Shown here in pieces: positions 9,522 through 16,622 of a DNA stretch of 64,000 nt. Source of the DNA: an uncultured virus (IMG/VR IMGVR_UViG_3300025945_000001) (Duplodnaviria > Heunggongvirae > Uroviricota > Caudoviricetes); IMG/VR virus record IMGVR_UViG_3300025945_000001. One strand, given 5' to 3'. Each line of letters opens with the position of its first letter. Within the stretch, counting starts at the first letter, position 1. Position numbers and translations under genes: made by a program. The notes under the pieces are model-generated. The model had not been told where the DNA came from. It was given only the letters and a program-made list of their open reading frames with translations, and made no database searches.

Positions 9522-9794
9522 TTGGGTAAGGCACTGATCATCGCGGCGTTCGTCGTCGCGGTGGCACTCGTGCTCACCGTCATGATCGTGGTCGGCAAGC
9601 GGCTGATCGAGGGACCCGGCGTCAAGCGTCGCGAGCTCAAGGAAGCCCAGGACGAGGTGGGCCGGCAGCGGCGGACGCTCGCCGCGATCGAGCGCGAGAC
9701 GGCCAAGTGGGGTGACCTCGAGTCCGTACTTGCGGGCGCGATCAAGGCGGAGCTTGAGAAGCTCAGGGACGACAACGAGAAGGGCAGGTACTGA
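9522..9794 (+). CDS. Membrane-anchored coiled-coil protein
   Basis: AAGGAGG RBS; N-terminal TM segment then a charged helix; directly upstream of the SPFH gene. Confidence 0.6.
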   Translation: MGKALIIAAFVVAVALVLTVMIVVGKRLIEGPGVKRRELKEAQDEVGRQRRTLAAIERETAKWGDLESVLAGAIKAELEKLRDDNEKGRY

Positions 9795-9795
9795 C

Positions 9796-10875
9796 GTGAC
9801 CACACGACGGAACTGGGTGCGCGTCGCGGGAGCGGTACTCGCCGTCCTCGGACTGGTGGTGGGTTTGACGGCGTGCGCGACGCGGGCACCCTCGGACTTC
9901 ATCATTCTCTACTACACGGCGGGTACGGGTGAGGACCGGCACTTCCAGGAGTGCATCGAACCCGGTACCAACGGCAGCTACCCCGTCGACGACGAGATCT
10001 TCGCGCTGCCGACGTCGCTGCGGACGTGGAACATCCGACCCGAGGGTGGCGACACCAACGTGCCGATCAACTCGGGTAGCAAGCCGACCCCGGCGCTCGG
10101 TCCGGACGGCAAGCCCACCGGCGCCACCCAGGCTGGACCCGAGGTGAACATCTGGGCGACCGCCGACTTCTACGTCAACAGCGACTGCACGGACGGCCCG
10201 AAGTCACCCGTGGTGCAGTTCTGGGAGAAGACCGGTCGTCGCTACGGGATCGCCGAGGACGGTGAAGACGGCTTCAAGCTCGACGCGTTCGTGGGTATGC
10301 TCAAGAACACACTCGCGCCGGCGGAGGAGGCATCGATCCGGCAGCAGACCCGGCTCTACAACGCCGACGACATGGACGCCAACGTGAACGACATCTGGAC
10401 GATCATGTCGCGGCAGCTCGGTCCGGTGTTCAACGCCCAACTTCGCGACAAGGTCGGTGGCGATTACTTCTGCGGTCCCGGCTTCGTCCGAGGTCAGGAC
10501 GTGGACTGGACCGAGTACGTTCCCGACGGCAGCGACGCGAACGGCCTGCCGAAGTTCCGGGAGGAGCGCAAGCGTGGGAAGTGTCCGCCGGTGCGGATCA
10601 CGATCACCGACGTTGGGTTCGCCAACCCGGACATCGCTCGGGCTCGCGCCAACGTGTACCAGGCCGAGCAGGACGCCAAGGCCAAGGTGACAGCGGCGCG
10701 CGCCGAGCTGGACGCGGCGAACATCCTCGGTCAGGCCGCCAGCAACGAGGCGTACCTCAAGGCGAAGGCGCTGGACGCGCAGCTCAAGGCGGCCGAGGCA
10801 TGCCGCGCGAATCCCAACTGCACTGTCATCATCGACGGTACGGGTGGCGCCGGCGTCACCGTCGGCCACCGCTAA
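9796..10875 (+). CDS. SPFH/band-7-like lipoprotein
   Basis: Signal peptide with lipobox LTAC; beta-rich N-domain; C-terminal A/E/K-rich coiled coil followed by a TVII motif. Confidence 0.7.
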   Translation: MTTRRNWVRVAGAVLAVLGLVVGLTACATRAPSDFIILYYTAGTGEDRHFQECIEPGTNGSYPVDDEIFALPTSLRTWNIRPEGGDTNVPINSGSKPTPALGPDGKPTGATQAGPEVNIWATADFYVNSDCTDGPKSPVVQFWEKTGRRYGIAEDGEDGFKLDAFVGMLKNTLAPAEEASIRQQTRLYNADDMDANVNDIWTIMSRQLGPVFNAQLRDKVGGDYFCGPGFVRGQDVDWTEYVPDGSDANGLPKFREERKRGKCPPVRITITDVGFANPDIARARANVYQAEQDAKAKVTAARAELDAANILGQAASNEAYLKAKALDAQLKAAEACRANPNCTVIIDGTGGAGVTVGHR

Positions 10876-10883
10876 CGAAGACC

Positions 10884-10991
10884 GGCTACGTAGGTTAACG
10901 GCAGACCGCCGGCCCGACGACTCCGTCCCTCCCCCTCCCCTTTGGCGGGGCGGAGTCTCCGGTAGACCTGGTTCGACTCCAGGCGTAGCCA
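10884..10991 (+). ncRNA. tRNA-like element with elongated anticodon arm
   Basis: Acceptor GGCTACG/CGTAGCC-A; D arm GGTT-AACGGCA-GACC; T arm CCTGG-TTCGACT-CCAGG. The anticodon loop is replaced by an 11-bp hairpin GACTCCGTCCC/GGGGCGGAGTC with a C-rich loop. Confidence 0.8.
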
Positions 10992-11023
10992 CGCGAAGTG
11001 AACACCCGATCCGAGGAGGTACG

Positions 11024-11341
11024 ATGTTTGAGAACGAGGTGGCCCGAGGCATCCAAGCGCTCGACGAGGACGGTCCGGTGAACTGGCGCGAGCGAGTCGT
11101 CATGACGACGCTGAACATGGCGTCTAGCGACGACTGCGTCCTCGGGCAGGTGTACGGTCACTACTCTGATCACCACGCGAGTGCACTGCGCGAGCGTCAC
11201 GGTGGCGGCGTGCACTGCGGCTTCCAGTTGCGGGGCCTGGGGAGTGACCCCGACTACTCCATGTTCATTCCCCTGGTGTGGCGCTACCAGGAGCTCACCC
11301 AGGAGTGGTGTCGGCAGCTCGCGGCCGTGCCGGTCGCGTAG
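11024..11341 (+). CDS. Hypothetical protein (paralog 1)
   Basis: GAGGAGG RBS; VARG..ALD...W......L.M.S..DCVLGQVYG. Confidence 0.7.
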   Translation: MFENEVARGIQALDEDGPVNWRERVVMTTLNMASSDDCVLGQVYGHYSDHHASALRERHGGGVHCGFQLRGLGSDPDYSMFIPLVWRYQELTQEWCRQLAAVPVA

Positions 11342-11370
11342 GAGTTAGTTCATCGGTTCGAGGAGGCACC

Positions 11371-11736
11371 GTGTTCTACCACCAGACCGTCGCGCGAGCT
11401 GCGCGTGCGCTGGACGCGCACCACTCCGACGGCGAGCGCTGGGTGCTCGGCGTCGACGTCGCGCGACTCGACGTCAGTAGCTACCGTGACTGCGTGCTCG
11501 CGCAGCTCTACGGCAACCACCTGTCGGACGCGTCGTGGCGCTTCCGGCGGAACCTACCGGACGACGTCCTGCTCGCGTTCGGCGACGGCAACCTACCGGC
11601 GCCACGCTGGACGCTGCTGACGTGGGCCTGGCGCCGCGAGATCACGCGTAGACGGCGCGCGCTGGAACGCGCGAACGCTAGACCGAACGTCGTCGCGAGG
11701 AGCGCGACGACCGACCGAAGGGAGTGGATTGGATGA
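11371..11736 (+). CDS. Hypothetical protein (paralog 2)
   Basis: GAGGAGG RBS; VARAA.ALD...W......LDVSS..DCVLAQLYG. Confidence 0.7.
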   Translation: MFYHQTVARAARALDAHHSDGERWVLGVDVARLDVSSYRDCVLAQLYGNHLSDASWRFRRNLPDDVLLAFGDGNLPAPRWTLLTWAWRREITRRRRALERANARPNVVARSATTDRREWIG

Positions 11737-12020
11737 AGTCACACACGACGACCATCGTGCTGGCTGGAACGGCGCTAGCGGCCGTAGTCGCGCTGTCGTT
11801 CGCGGCCGGCTGCGGCGTGAGTAAGGTGTCCGAGCCGTTCAACGACGCGCCCCGGGCACGCGAGTGGAACGGCTCGGCCGACGTCGTCACGATGCCGGAC
11901 GGCTTCAGCAACCTCGCCACCAAGTGCGGACCGGGTGGGATGCGCTACAGTGTGATCTTTCACCAGGACGGCGCGTACGGCTCGGTCAGCGTCGTGCCCG
12001 ACGGGAGCTGCCCCAAGTGA
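11733..12020 (+). CDS. Small lipoprotein
   Basis: Signal peptide with AAGC lipobox; MPDGFSNLATKC motif. Confidence 0.7.
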   Translation: MKSHTTTIVLAGTALAAVVALSFAAGCGVSKVSEPFNDAPRAREWNGSADVVTMPDGFSNLATKCGPGGMRYSVIFHQDGAYGSVSVVPDGSCPK

Positions 12021-12277
12021 GCATCGTACCGGGCGCTCGCCAGAAGGACGTCACCACCACTCGCGCGTTGCAGCGCGCCGTGGCGCGCTGCCAGGAACAC
12101 GGCTGCCCGTGGCCACCCGACAACCTTCCGGTGAAGGGTGACACCGATCAGAGCTACGCCAAGAACGTGCGGTACGCCGCGCGTGAGCACGCGATTCGCT
12201 GGCCCGGGCACGTGATCAGCGTCGACGTCGTGGATCACACCGAGTACGTCTACGGCGTCGACGACGTCACTCCCTAG
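12017..12277 (+). CDS. Hypothetical protein
   Basis: GTGA coupling; C..H.C...H...H possible metal site. Confidence 0.45.
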   Translation: MSIVPGARQKDVTTTRALQRAVARCQEHGCPWPPDNLPVKGDTDQSYAKNVRYAAREHAIRWPGHVISVDVVDHTEYVYGVDDVTP

Positions 12278-12344
12278 TCGCTGCGGCGCCGACGCGCGTT
12301 GCTAGTCTAGGTTTCAACGCGGTACAGACAACTACAGAGCGAAC

Positions 12345-12637
12345 GAGAGCGGATGAACCGAAGCCATCGATCGGTTATCCTATTCGGAAGGACCGGACCA
12401 GGTTCGACTCCTGGCGTGCCTACTCCTCCGCAGCTAACCAGTTGTGGAGGAACCCACATCTTGTCTTGACCTAGGCGGGGCGTGGGTTACGTTGGGTGCT
12501 AGGGGGACTTCTCACCACCTAGGACGAGTGGCCTCGGACTAGACGCTGTCGCCGGTGAGAAGTCCTCCGCACCGGAGGCACGTAGTGTAACGGCAGCACG
12601 GTAAACCCCGGTCAGGCGTCACACGTTCACCGCTCTC
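12345..12637 (+). ncRNA. Y-RNA-like unit 1 (YrlA-type, permuted tRNA domain with ~155-nt insert)
   Basis: Terminal stem GAGAGCGGaTGAAC/GTTCACCGCTCTC; GAACCGA and CGGTTATC motifs; T arm CCAGG-TTCGACT-CCTGG; acceptor CGTGCCT...AGGCACG; D arm TAGTGTAACGGCAGCAC. Confidence 0.85.
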
Positions 12638-12643
12638 ACCCAG

Positions 12644-12792
12644 CGTACGGGTACGAACCGAGAGCTGATCGGTTACCACTCGAAATGGGGAAACGCGGGT
12701 TCGAATCCCGTCGGCTGCGCGGAACGTGGCCGTAGTCCAGTGGCCTAGGGCGCCTAAAACCCGGTTGGCGTTCACACGTTCTACCTCGTACG
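12644..12792 (+). ncRNA. Y-RNA-like unit 2 (YrlA-type)
   Basis: CGTACGGGTAcGAAC/GTTCTACCtCGTACG stem; CGGTTACC; T arm GCGGG-TTCGAAT-CCCGT; closed acceptor CGGCTGCG-cggaa-CGTGGCCG; D arm. Confidence 0.9.
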
Positions 12793-12805
12793 TTGACCAG
12801 ACATC

Positions 12806-12944
12806 GGTGACGAGCCGATCGACGTCGGTTACCACTTAAACTGCGGGTCGTGGGTTCGAGTCCCACCCTCCCGACGCGAGTTGGGCGGTAGCTCAGTTGG
12901 CAGAGCAGCAGCACGTTACCGGTGTCACCTCCCACGCTCGCACC
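12806..12944 (+). ncRNA. Y-RNA-like unit 3 (YrlA-type)
   Basis: GGTGaCGAGC/GCTCGCACC stem; CGGTTACC; T arm GTGGG-TTCGAGT-CCCAC; acceptor closed by a GCGA tetraloop; D arm TAGCTCAGTTGGCAGAGC. Confidence 0.9.
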
Positions 12945-12955
12945 TACAACTTCAC

Positions 12956-13033
12956 GAGTGGATGAACCGAAGTCGCTCGGTTACCGAGTAGTTAACTCAC
13001 CAACACCCGGACGACGCGCCACAGTCACCACTC
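12956..13033 (+). ncRNA. Minimal Y-RNA-like unit 4 (no tRNA domain)
   Basis: GAGTGGaTGA/TCACCACTC stem; GAACCGA, CGGTTACC and CCGG motifs as in units 1-3. Confidence 0.75.
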
Positions 13034-13041
13034 AGCTCGGC

Positions 13042-13112
13042 GGGGCACGAACCGTACGCGGTCGGTTACCACTGCAAACGGAAACTCCGGTCGCACCTAC
13101 ACGTTCGGCCCC
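13042..13112 (+). ncRNA. Minimal Y-RNA-like unit 5 (no tRNA domain)
   Basis: GGGGCaCGAAC/GTTCGGCCCC stem; CGGTTACC...CCGGTCGC...ACACGTTC. Confidence 0.75.
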
Positions 13113-13154
13113 CACGGCAACTAGGATCCTCGAGATCGAAGGAGAAACGGAATC

Positions 13155-14867
13155 GTGAGCAGCGACGCGCTCAGCAAGATCACCACGCGCCGGACGCCGC
13201 AGTCGCGGCGCGCCGACCCCCGGCAGGTGCCGAACAGCGGCGGAGGCTTCGCCTTCGAGCTCGACGACCTGGCGCGCCTGCGGCGCTTCCTGGTCCTCGG
13301 CGTCGACGGCGGGACCTACTACTCGACCGACCGAGAGCTCGCCCTCGAGAACGCCGAGGTCGTGCGGCGGCTTGCCACCACGCGGCACCGCGAGCTGGTC
13401 GACACGATCATCGAGGTCTCCGAGGCCGGTCGCGCGCCCAAGCAGCAGCCGACGCTGTTCGCGTTCGCCGTCGCCGTATCGTTCGGCTCCGACGTCGAGC
13501 GGCGCTACGCCTGGGACAACCTGCGGCGCGTCGCGCGCACCGGGACGCACCTCCTGGTCTTCGTGCGGTACATGGAGCAGTTCCGCGGCTGGGGTCGCCA
13601 GGCGACCCGCGGGATCAGCGAGTGGTTCACCGAGCCGACCGTGGCCGACGTGGCCTACCAGGTGGCGAAGTACCGGCAGCGCGAGGGCTGGTCGCAGCGC
13701 GACCTCGTCCGACTGGCGCACCCGCGTCGCTCGTCCTACGGCGGCGACCCGCAACGGCGTGCCCTGTTCGAGTGGATCACACACCGGCACCTGCACGACT
13801 CGGCGTACTGGCAGCTTTTCCTGACCGCGCAGGGTCTCACGCTGCTCGACGCGTTCGAGCTGGCGCACGCGTCCACCCGCGTCGCGGACTGGGTCAACGC
13901 CGTCTCGATCGGCGTGTCGTGGGAGATGCTGCCGGACGCCGCCGTCGCGCACCGCGAGGTGTGGGAGGCGCTGCTCCAGCGGGGCCTGCCGACGACGGCG
14001 CTCATGCGGCAGCTGCCGCGCCTGACCCGCCTCGGCCTGTTCGACCGGCTCGGGCGACGGCGGTCGTGGACGACCGAGGTGGCGACGCAGCTCACGAGCG
14101 TTGAGAAGCTGCGCCGGGCGCGCGTCCACCCGCTCAACGTGCTGGTCGCGCTGCGGACGTACGCGTCTGGCCGGAGCGAGCGTGGGTCGTCGCGCTGGAC
14201 GCCGAACCAGACGATCGTGGACGCACTCGATCAGGCGTTCTACGCGTCGTTCGGCGCGGTCGAACCGACCGGTCGGCGCGTCATGCTGGCGCTGGACGTC
14301 TCCGGGTCGATGACGTGGTACAACTGCGCGGGCGCGCCGGTCACACCTCGCGAGGCGTCCGCGGCGCTGGCGCTGGTGACGGCGGCCGTCGAGCCGAACC
14401 ACGAGATCGTCGGGTTCCACAGCGGGTCGTCGCCGTACCGGTACTCGTCGACCTCGCGAGGCCGAGGCTACGGCAAGTCGAGCGCCACGAGCGCCACGAA
14501 CGGCATCGCGCCCCTCGCGATCTCACCTCGGCAGCGGCTCGACGACGTCACCCGGCTGATCAACGGACTCGGCGCGGAGGCCACCGACTGCTCGCTGCCG
14601 ATGCAGTACGCGCTCGAGCGCGACCTCGCGGTGGACACGTTCGTGATCTACACGGACAACGAGACCAACCACGGGACGATGCACCCGCACCAGGCGCTAC
14701 GGCTGTACCGCGAGCGGACCGGCATCGCGGCGCGACTGGTCGTGGTCGGTATGACGTCCACGGGGTTCTCGATCGCGGACCCGGCCGACCCGGGTACGCT
14801 CGACGTCGTGGGCTTCGACACCGCAACGCCGCAGCTCATCTCGGACTTCTCGACGGGTGCGCTGTGA
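13155..14867 (+). CDS. rsr: Ro60/TROVE-domain RNA-binding protein (Rsr)
   Basis: QVPNSGGGFAF, RLRRFLVLGVDGGTYY, KYRQREGWSQRDLVRLAHP, RARVHPLNVLVAL; vWA MIDAS LALDVSGSM; FVIYTDNET; SIADPADPGTLDVVGFD. Confidence 0.96.
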   Translation: MSSDALSKITTRRTPQSRRADPRQVPNSGGGFAFELDDLARLRRFLVLGVDGGTYYSTDRELALENAEVVRRLATTRHRELVDTIIEVSEAGRAPKQQPTLFAFAVAVSFGSDVERRYAWDNLRRVARTGTHLLVFVRYMEQFRGWGRQATRGISEWFTEPTVADVAYQVAKYRQREGWSQRDLVRLAHPRRSSYGGDPQRRALFEWITHRHLHDSAYWQLFLTAQGLTLLDAFELAHASTRVADWVNAVSIGVSWEMLPDAAVAHREVWEALLQRGLPTTALMRQLPRLTRLGLFDRLGRRRSWTTEVATQLTSVEKLRRARVHPLNVLVALRTYASGRSERGSSRWTPNQTIVDALDQAFYASFGAVEPTGRRVMLALDVSGSMTWYNCAGAPVTPREASAALALVTAAVEPNHEIVGFHSGSSPYRYSSTSRGRGYGKSSATSATNGIAPLAISPRQRLDDVTRLINGLGAEATDCSLPMQYALERDLAVDTFVIYTDNETNHGTMHPHQALRLYRERTGIAARLVVVGMTSTGFSIADPADPGTLDVVGFDTATPQLISDFSTGAL

Positions 14868-15146
14868 GGTAACGTGTCCGATCAATTACACGCGAACGAG
14901 CACCGGCCGGCGCTGTTCGAGCTGCGCGACGACGTCTTCGACGACGCGTACGACGCGGCTTCACGCTGGCCGGTGCCGTTCGACGACGACGACCTCGATC
15001 AACCCGCCGACCAGGCGTGGTGGCTCAACTAAGAGGTAGGTGGCTCGTCCTGTTCTGGTTTCCCATCGTCCTGCTCGCCGTCGTGTTCGTCGTGACGGGA
15101 GTTCTCCTGTTCGTCAACCGGAACCAAGTGAAGTAGGAGAGTAGCT

Positions 15147-15881
15147 GTGACCAAGCTCAACGTGATCGTCGCCCTCGCGAAGGGCATGAAGAGTCGCGTC
15201 AACTCGGCGGTGACCGCGCTACACCGCGAGAGTCAGAAGGTGGACCTCTACGGCGGCCTGTCGCGCACGTACCGTGCCAAGGACGAGGACGGCGACCAGT
15301 ACCCACCGCAGTCCGTCCTCCAGCGACTCAGCGCTGACGACGTACTAGCTGAACTGTCGCGCCTGCTGACGGAGGCGTGGGACGTCGAGTCGACGCTAGC
15401 GCGCAGCAACTGCGAAGCGCGAGCGTCGGTGGTCGTCGGCGACGAGACGCTGACCGACGAGCTGCCACCGTCGTTCCTCATTTACCTCGAGAAGCAGCTC
15501 AACGACCTGTACACCTTCGTCGCGAAGCTGCCGACGCTCGACCCAACCGAGACCTGGTCGTGGGACGCCGGTCGTGGCTGCTACGTGACGTCGCCGACCG
15601 AGACCGTCAAGACCCGCAAGGTGCCCAAGGCCAAGGTGCTGTACGAGGCGACCCGGGAACACCCCGCGCAGATCCAGGTCTACGACGAGACCGAGGTCGA
15701 GGGCTTCTGGACGCTCACGCAGTTCTCGGGTGCGCTGCCGGCCGAGCGGAAGCGGACGATCCTCCTGCGCGTCGTCGCGCTGCGCGACGCCGTCAAGGCC
15801 GCGCGCGAGCGCGCCAACCTAACGGACGTGATCGACTCGAGGCCGGCCGCGTCGCTGCTCGCCTACGTCCTGCGGAGCTGA
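15147..15881 (+). CDS. Conserved coiled-coil hypothetical protein directly upstream of structured RNAs
   Basis: AGGAG RBS; KLN.I.A..KG.KS, G.SRTY..KDEDGDQ.PP, L..LEKQL.DL.TFV.KLP.LD, KT.KVP......AT.EHPAQ, FSGALPA, AVK.ARE.AN. Recalled as a family found in Streptomyces and phages; function unknown. Confidence 0.85.
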   Translation: MTKLNVIVALAKGMKSRVNSAVTALHRESQKVDLYGGLSRTYRAKDEDGDQYPPQSVLQRLSADDVLAELSRLLTEAWDVESTLARSNCEARASVVVGDETLTDELPPSFLIYLEKQLNDLYTFVAKLPTLDPTETWSWDAGRGCYVTSPTETVKTRKVPKAKVLYEATREHPAQIQVYDETEVEGFWTLTQFSGALPAERKRTILLRVVALRDAVKAARERANLTDVIDSRPAASLLAYVLRS

Positions 15882-15930
15882 CGTGACGGTTTAAACTAGT
15901 AGACGTAGCGCAAGCTCAAGCTCAAGCTAA

Positions 15931-16147
15931 CAACTTCATCGAGTCACGACTCCCAGTGCAGGTTCGAGTCCTGCCCCCGGCACCGGAGCCCGCGTGAATC
16001 CCCCTTCGTGCGCGGCTCCACCACCCTCTCGTGGGAGAGGTACCGGTCGTCCACCGAACCAACGCGCGGTGGACGACCCAGCCGGGGTAGCCCAACGGGT
16101 AGAGGCAGCGTCGTGAACGTTCAGGCTCAAACTTCCGCTCGAAGTTG
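15931..16147 (+). ncRNA. Circularly permuted tRNA(Leu)-like RNA A with three-hairpin cargo
   Basis: TCACGAC (15944) pairs with GTCGTGA (16110); T arm GCAGG-TTCGAGT-CCTGC; 3' acceptor CCCCGGC-A-CC precedes 5' acceptor GCCGGGG (16081); D arm TAGCCCAACGGGTAGAGGC; outer CAACTTC/GAAGTTG. Confidence 0.8.
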
Positions 16148-16177
16148 AACGAGGTTTGCCCGACGATCGGATCGAAC

Positions 16178-16407
16178 GATCGTGATACCTGACACTCGGG
16201 ATCCTGGTTCGAGTCCAGGGATCGTCTCTGATCGGTGTGGTCATCACCGATCCGGGTCTCGTCGACGGGCGAGGCCCACCTCGCGGGGTAGCGCAGTTGG
16301 GAGCGCGCTGGGCTCATAATCCAGAGGTCACCGGTTCGAGTCCGGTCCCCGCTACGACGATCTAGCTTAACGGCAAAGCACGGGTTCCCTCACAGTAAAT
16401 CACGATC
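16178..16407 (+). ncRNA. Circularly permuted tRNA-like RNA B enclosing two hairpins and a full tRNA-fMet
   Basis: GATCGTGAT/ATCACGATC outer stem; ACTCG/CGGGT; T arm CCTGG-TTCGAGT-CCAGG; 3' acceptor GATCGTC (16220) and 5' acceptor GACGATC (16356); D arm TAGCTTAACGGCAAAGC. Confidence 0.8.
16282..16354 (+). tRNA. tRNA-Met(CAT), initiator-like
   Basis: Cloverleaf CGCGGGG...CCCCGCT-A with C1:U72 mismatch; anticodon arm CTGGG-CTCATAA-TCCAG; T arm ACCGG-TTCGAGT-CCGGT; CCA not encoded. Confidence 0.92.
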
Positions 16408-16472
16408 TTAAACGTCATCGACGTCGCACGGCGACCCGGAGCCTAAGCACAAGAGTGCGTTCCGTATACGCA

Positions 16473-16505
16473 GGAGGCCGGGTTCTGGACATGAGCCCGG
16501 CCTCC
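16473..16505 (+). other. 13-bp GC-rich hairpin between RNA elements
   Basis: GGAGGCCGGGTTC-tggacat-GAGCCCGGCCTCC; no U-tract. Confidence 0.7.
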
Positions 16506-16510
16506 GTCAC

Positions 16511-16583
16511 GGCTCCTTAGCTCAGGTGGTAGAGCGTCTGTTCAACGCATAGACGGTCGGCGGTTCGAATCCGTCAGGAGCTA
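16511..16583 (+). tRNA. tRNA with aberrant anticodon loop (nominal AAC, C33)
   Basis: Acceptor GGCTCCT/AGGAGCT-A; D arm GCTC-AGGTGGTA-GAGC; anticodon arm TCTGT-TCAACGC-ATAGA; T arm GGCGG-TTCGAAT-CCGTC. Confidence 0.75.
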
Positions 16584-16622
16584 CGCTTCCCCGAGAATCA
16601 CGTTACGGAGCGAACGCTAATC

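Noticed and set aside
12345..13112. CRISPR array (repeated CGGTTACC/GAACCGA motifs; Cas4-like gene in window)
   Set aside because: The repeats are short, irregularly spaced parts of folded RNA units next to Ro60. There is no cas operon, and the Cas4-like protein sits in a standard phage recombination module.
12539..13158. ORFs 12539-12835(-), 12636-12935(-), 12922-13158(+), and likewise 15922-16317(-)
   Set aside because: They overlay structured RNA elements, lack RBSs, and translate to typical antisense-tRNA shadow peptides (GIRTRV, VGLEPTT, GLEPA).
13032..14420. Long antisense ORFs (462 aa here; also 19686-20783, 26343-27461, 56940-58286)
   Set aside because: These are shadow frames of well-supported genes in high-GC DNA, Arg/Gly-rich and without motifs.
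15931..16407. Two-piece tmRNA
   Set aside because: The permuted layout is similar, but the acceptor stems lack the G3:U70 alanine determinant, full D stems are present, and no convincing tag ORF ending in a hydrophobic-Ala-Ala-type motif was found.
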